Part shown: in pieces, positions 47,878 to 49,321 of the stretch
Numbering within the stretch: the first letter of the stretch is position 1
Layout: each line of letters starts with the position of its first letter
From: Octopus bimaculoides
Lineage: Eukaryota
Length of the DNA stretch: 49,321 nt
NCBI RefSeq assembly: GCF_001194135.2
Contig: NC_068981.1
Location: 87,241,201-87,290,521, forward strand
Direction: 5' to 3'
Program-made: the position numbers and the translations under genes
The notes under the pieces: model-generated
The model's input: the letters and a program-made list of their open reading frames with translations, nothing else
Told to the model about the DNA's origin: nothing
Databases searched by the model: none

Positions 47878-49177
47878 GCTTTTGTTCACTGGTAGTGGCA
47901 TTGCGAAAGACTACATCGCTCTCAAATATTACCTCCAAACATTTTTCTACTACCTAATCAATAGTAATTTATGGATATTGTGATATTACATCCATACTAC
48001 CAATGATTACATTTGTAAGGTCATAGTAATGGTTATACTCAGTGATTTTGTTGAGGAAGTATTCAATGTTGTCAGATACTTTTACTACTAGACATACGAT
48101 AATTGAAAGAAAATATGATAGACTTTTGTTGCTGAAGATGTTCACTCTTCAAACTGGTCTGGTTGGCAGTTTCATAAGTGGTTCCAGTGCAGGTTTGTGG
48201 TCTTTCCTAAGTTTCCATACAAAGCAGATTTATCACTGTTTGTGACCTGGAGGTTTGCAGTGCGTCGTCTTGGAAAGAGGATGTTGCACTGCTTACCCAT
48301 GCGCACATTAAAATGTTGTCATTTCACACTCGTGTTATTACCTCTGCCATTTTACTGACTTAGGGTTGCATCGACAGATTGTAGTTTGGTAAATAATAGC
48401 TACAAAACTAGAGACGTTGCGTACCATAAGAGATCAATTAAGAAATTTAGGAACACCACAGCAACCTTCACAGGGGAGGCATCACGCAACTTCTGTGTAA
48501 GGATTGCTGAATACTGGATAGTACGATAAAAGGAAACAAAGATCCATACTCTATCAACATGCCTTACAGAAACACAATGTCTCAGTAAAAAATGGTGAAG
48601 TTTAAATATTTTGAGACACATAAAAGACACAAACTTAAGACAGATTGCAGAAGCTATACAAGTATAGCAGACAAACCCGAACACACTTAAAATTAAGTGG
48701 GAGTGGGCCAAATTTCCGCCAAAATGATATAATAACGATAGAATAAGGCCAAAAACAAGTCAACCAATATATACGAACGCACACAAAACCTGTTCTTATG
48801 CTGACAACGAAAGGGCGTAAAGCAAATAAACAAAAACTCACGTTTACTCCAATGGAAATTAGCTCACATGCTTACGCCTATGGACAATGCAAAATCAACT
48901 GAAATCTAAAAAGCAAGTATCTAAAAGAATCTACGCTTATTGATCGGCACAGGGAAAAAATATCTGGGGTTACGTATGCAAACATCAAATGCTTTGAAAA
49001 GGAATAAGAAAGGAAACAAATTACAGTCGTTGAGTGCGTTTATAGCGTTTATTAATTTTGACACTTCTCAAACACAATATATATGTAGATAGATGTATAT
49101 ATTCATACACACACATAAATAATATATATGTGTATGTATGTGCGTGTTAATGTCTGTGTGTGTGTGTGTGTGTACAC

Positions 49178-49178
<1 letters not shown>

Positions 49179-49208
<30 letters not shown>
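49179..49208. repeat. (GATA)n microsatellite
   Basis: Direct reading. Confidence 0.9.
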
Positions 49209-49321
49209 TCTTTTTATTATAGCCACACAGGGCTAAATACAGAAAATGGACAAATTACAAAGTAGAGCTTTTTTGGGGGGGGGATGATTTGGATCAAAAG
49301 GGATCGCGGGAAGAAAAAAAA

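Noticed and set aside
48850-48900. Possible ABCB1 5' exon (ttcAG..GTAAGC or GTGAGT on minus)
   Set aside because: No in-frame ATG and no homology; cannot be supported without transcripts.
1-49321. CRISPR arrays, rRNA, prokaryotic operons
   Set aside because: Eukaryotic intron-exon DNA; no regularly spaced direct repeats with unique spacers or rRNA signatures seen.

Overview
AT-rich, repeat-dense animal genomic DNA with many N gaps. The SINE, Penelope and microsatellite content suggests an octopus or other coleoid cephalopod scaffold (inference; no database search run). The window is the 5' half of one minus-strand ABCB1/P-glycoprotein (MDR1-like) ABC transporter gene. Nine coding exons with GT-AG boundaries run from the N-terminal tail through TMD1 into NBD1 (Walker [10 protein letters not shown]-loop). 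Six exons match human ABCB1 exon lengths exactly. The start exon, the TM6 exon and the 3' half are not visible. The introns hold tRNA-derived SINEs, Penelope-like (PLE) RT/GIY-YIG fragments, Tx1/L1 and R4/Dong-like LINE fragments, a mariner relic, a mariner MITE and a decayed hAT transposon. Main observation: at least four different sequence families carry minimal type I hammerhead ribozyme (HHR) motifs. One is a composite short element (tRNA-like Pol III head + (AAT)n + hammerhead tail) found at three loci, each time with an inverted second copy or fragment. This looks like a PLE-mobilised, ribozyme-bearing SINE/retrozyme. Also present: a perfect 110-bp-arm intronic palindrome and a candidate ABCB1 exon containing an in-frame TAA. 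Most six-frame ORFs are microsatellite or N-gap artefacts.
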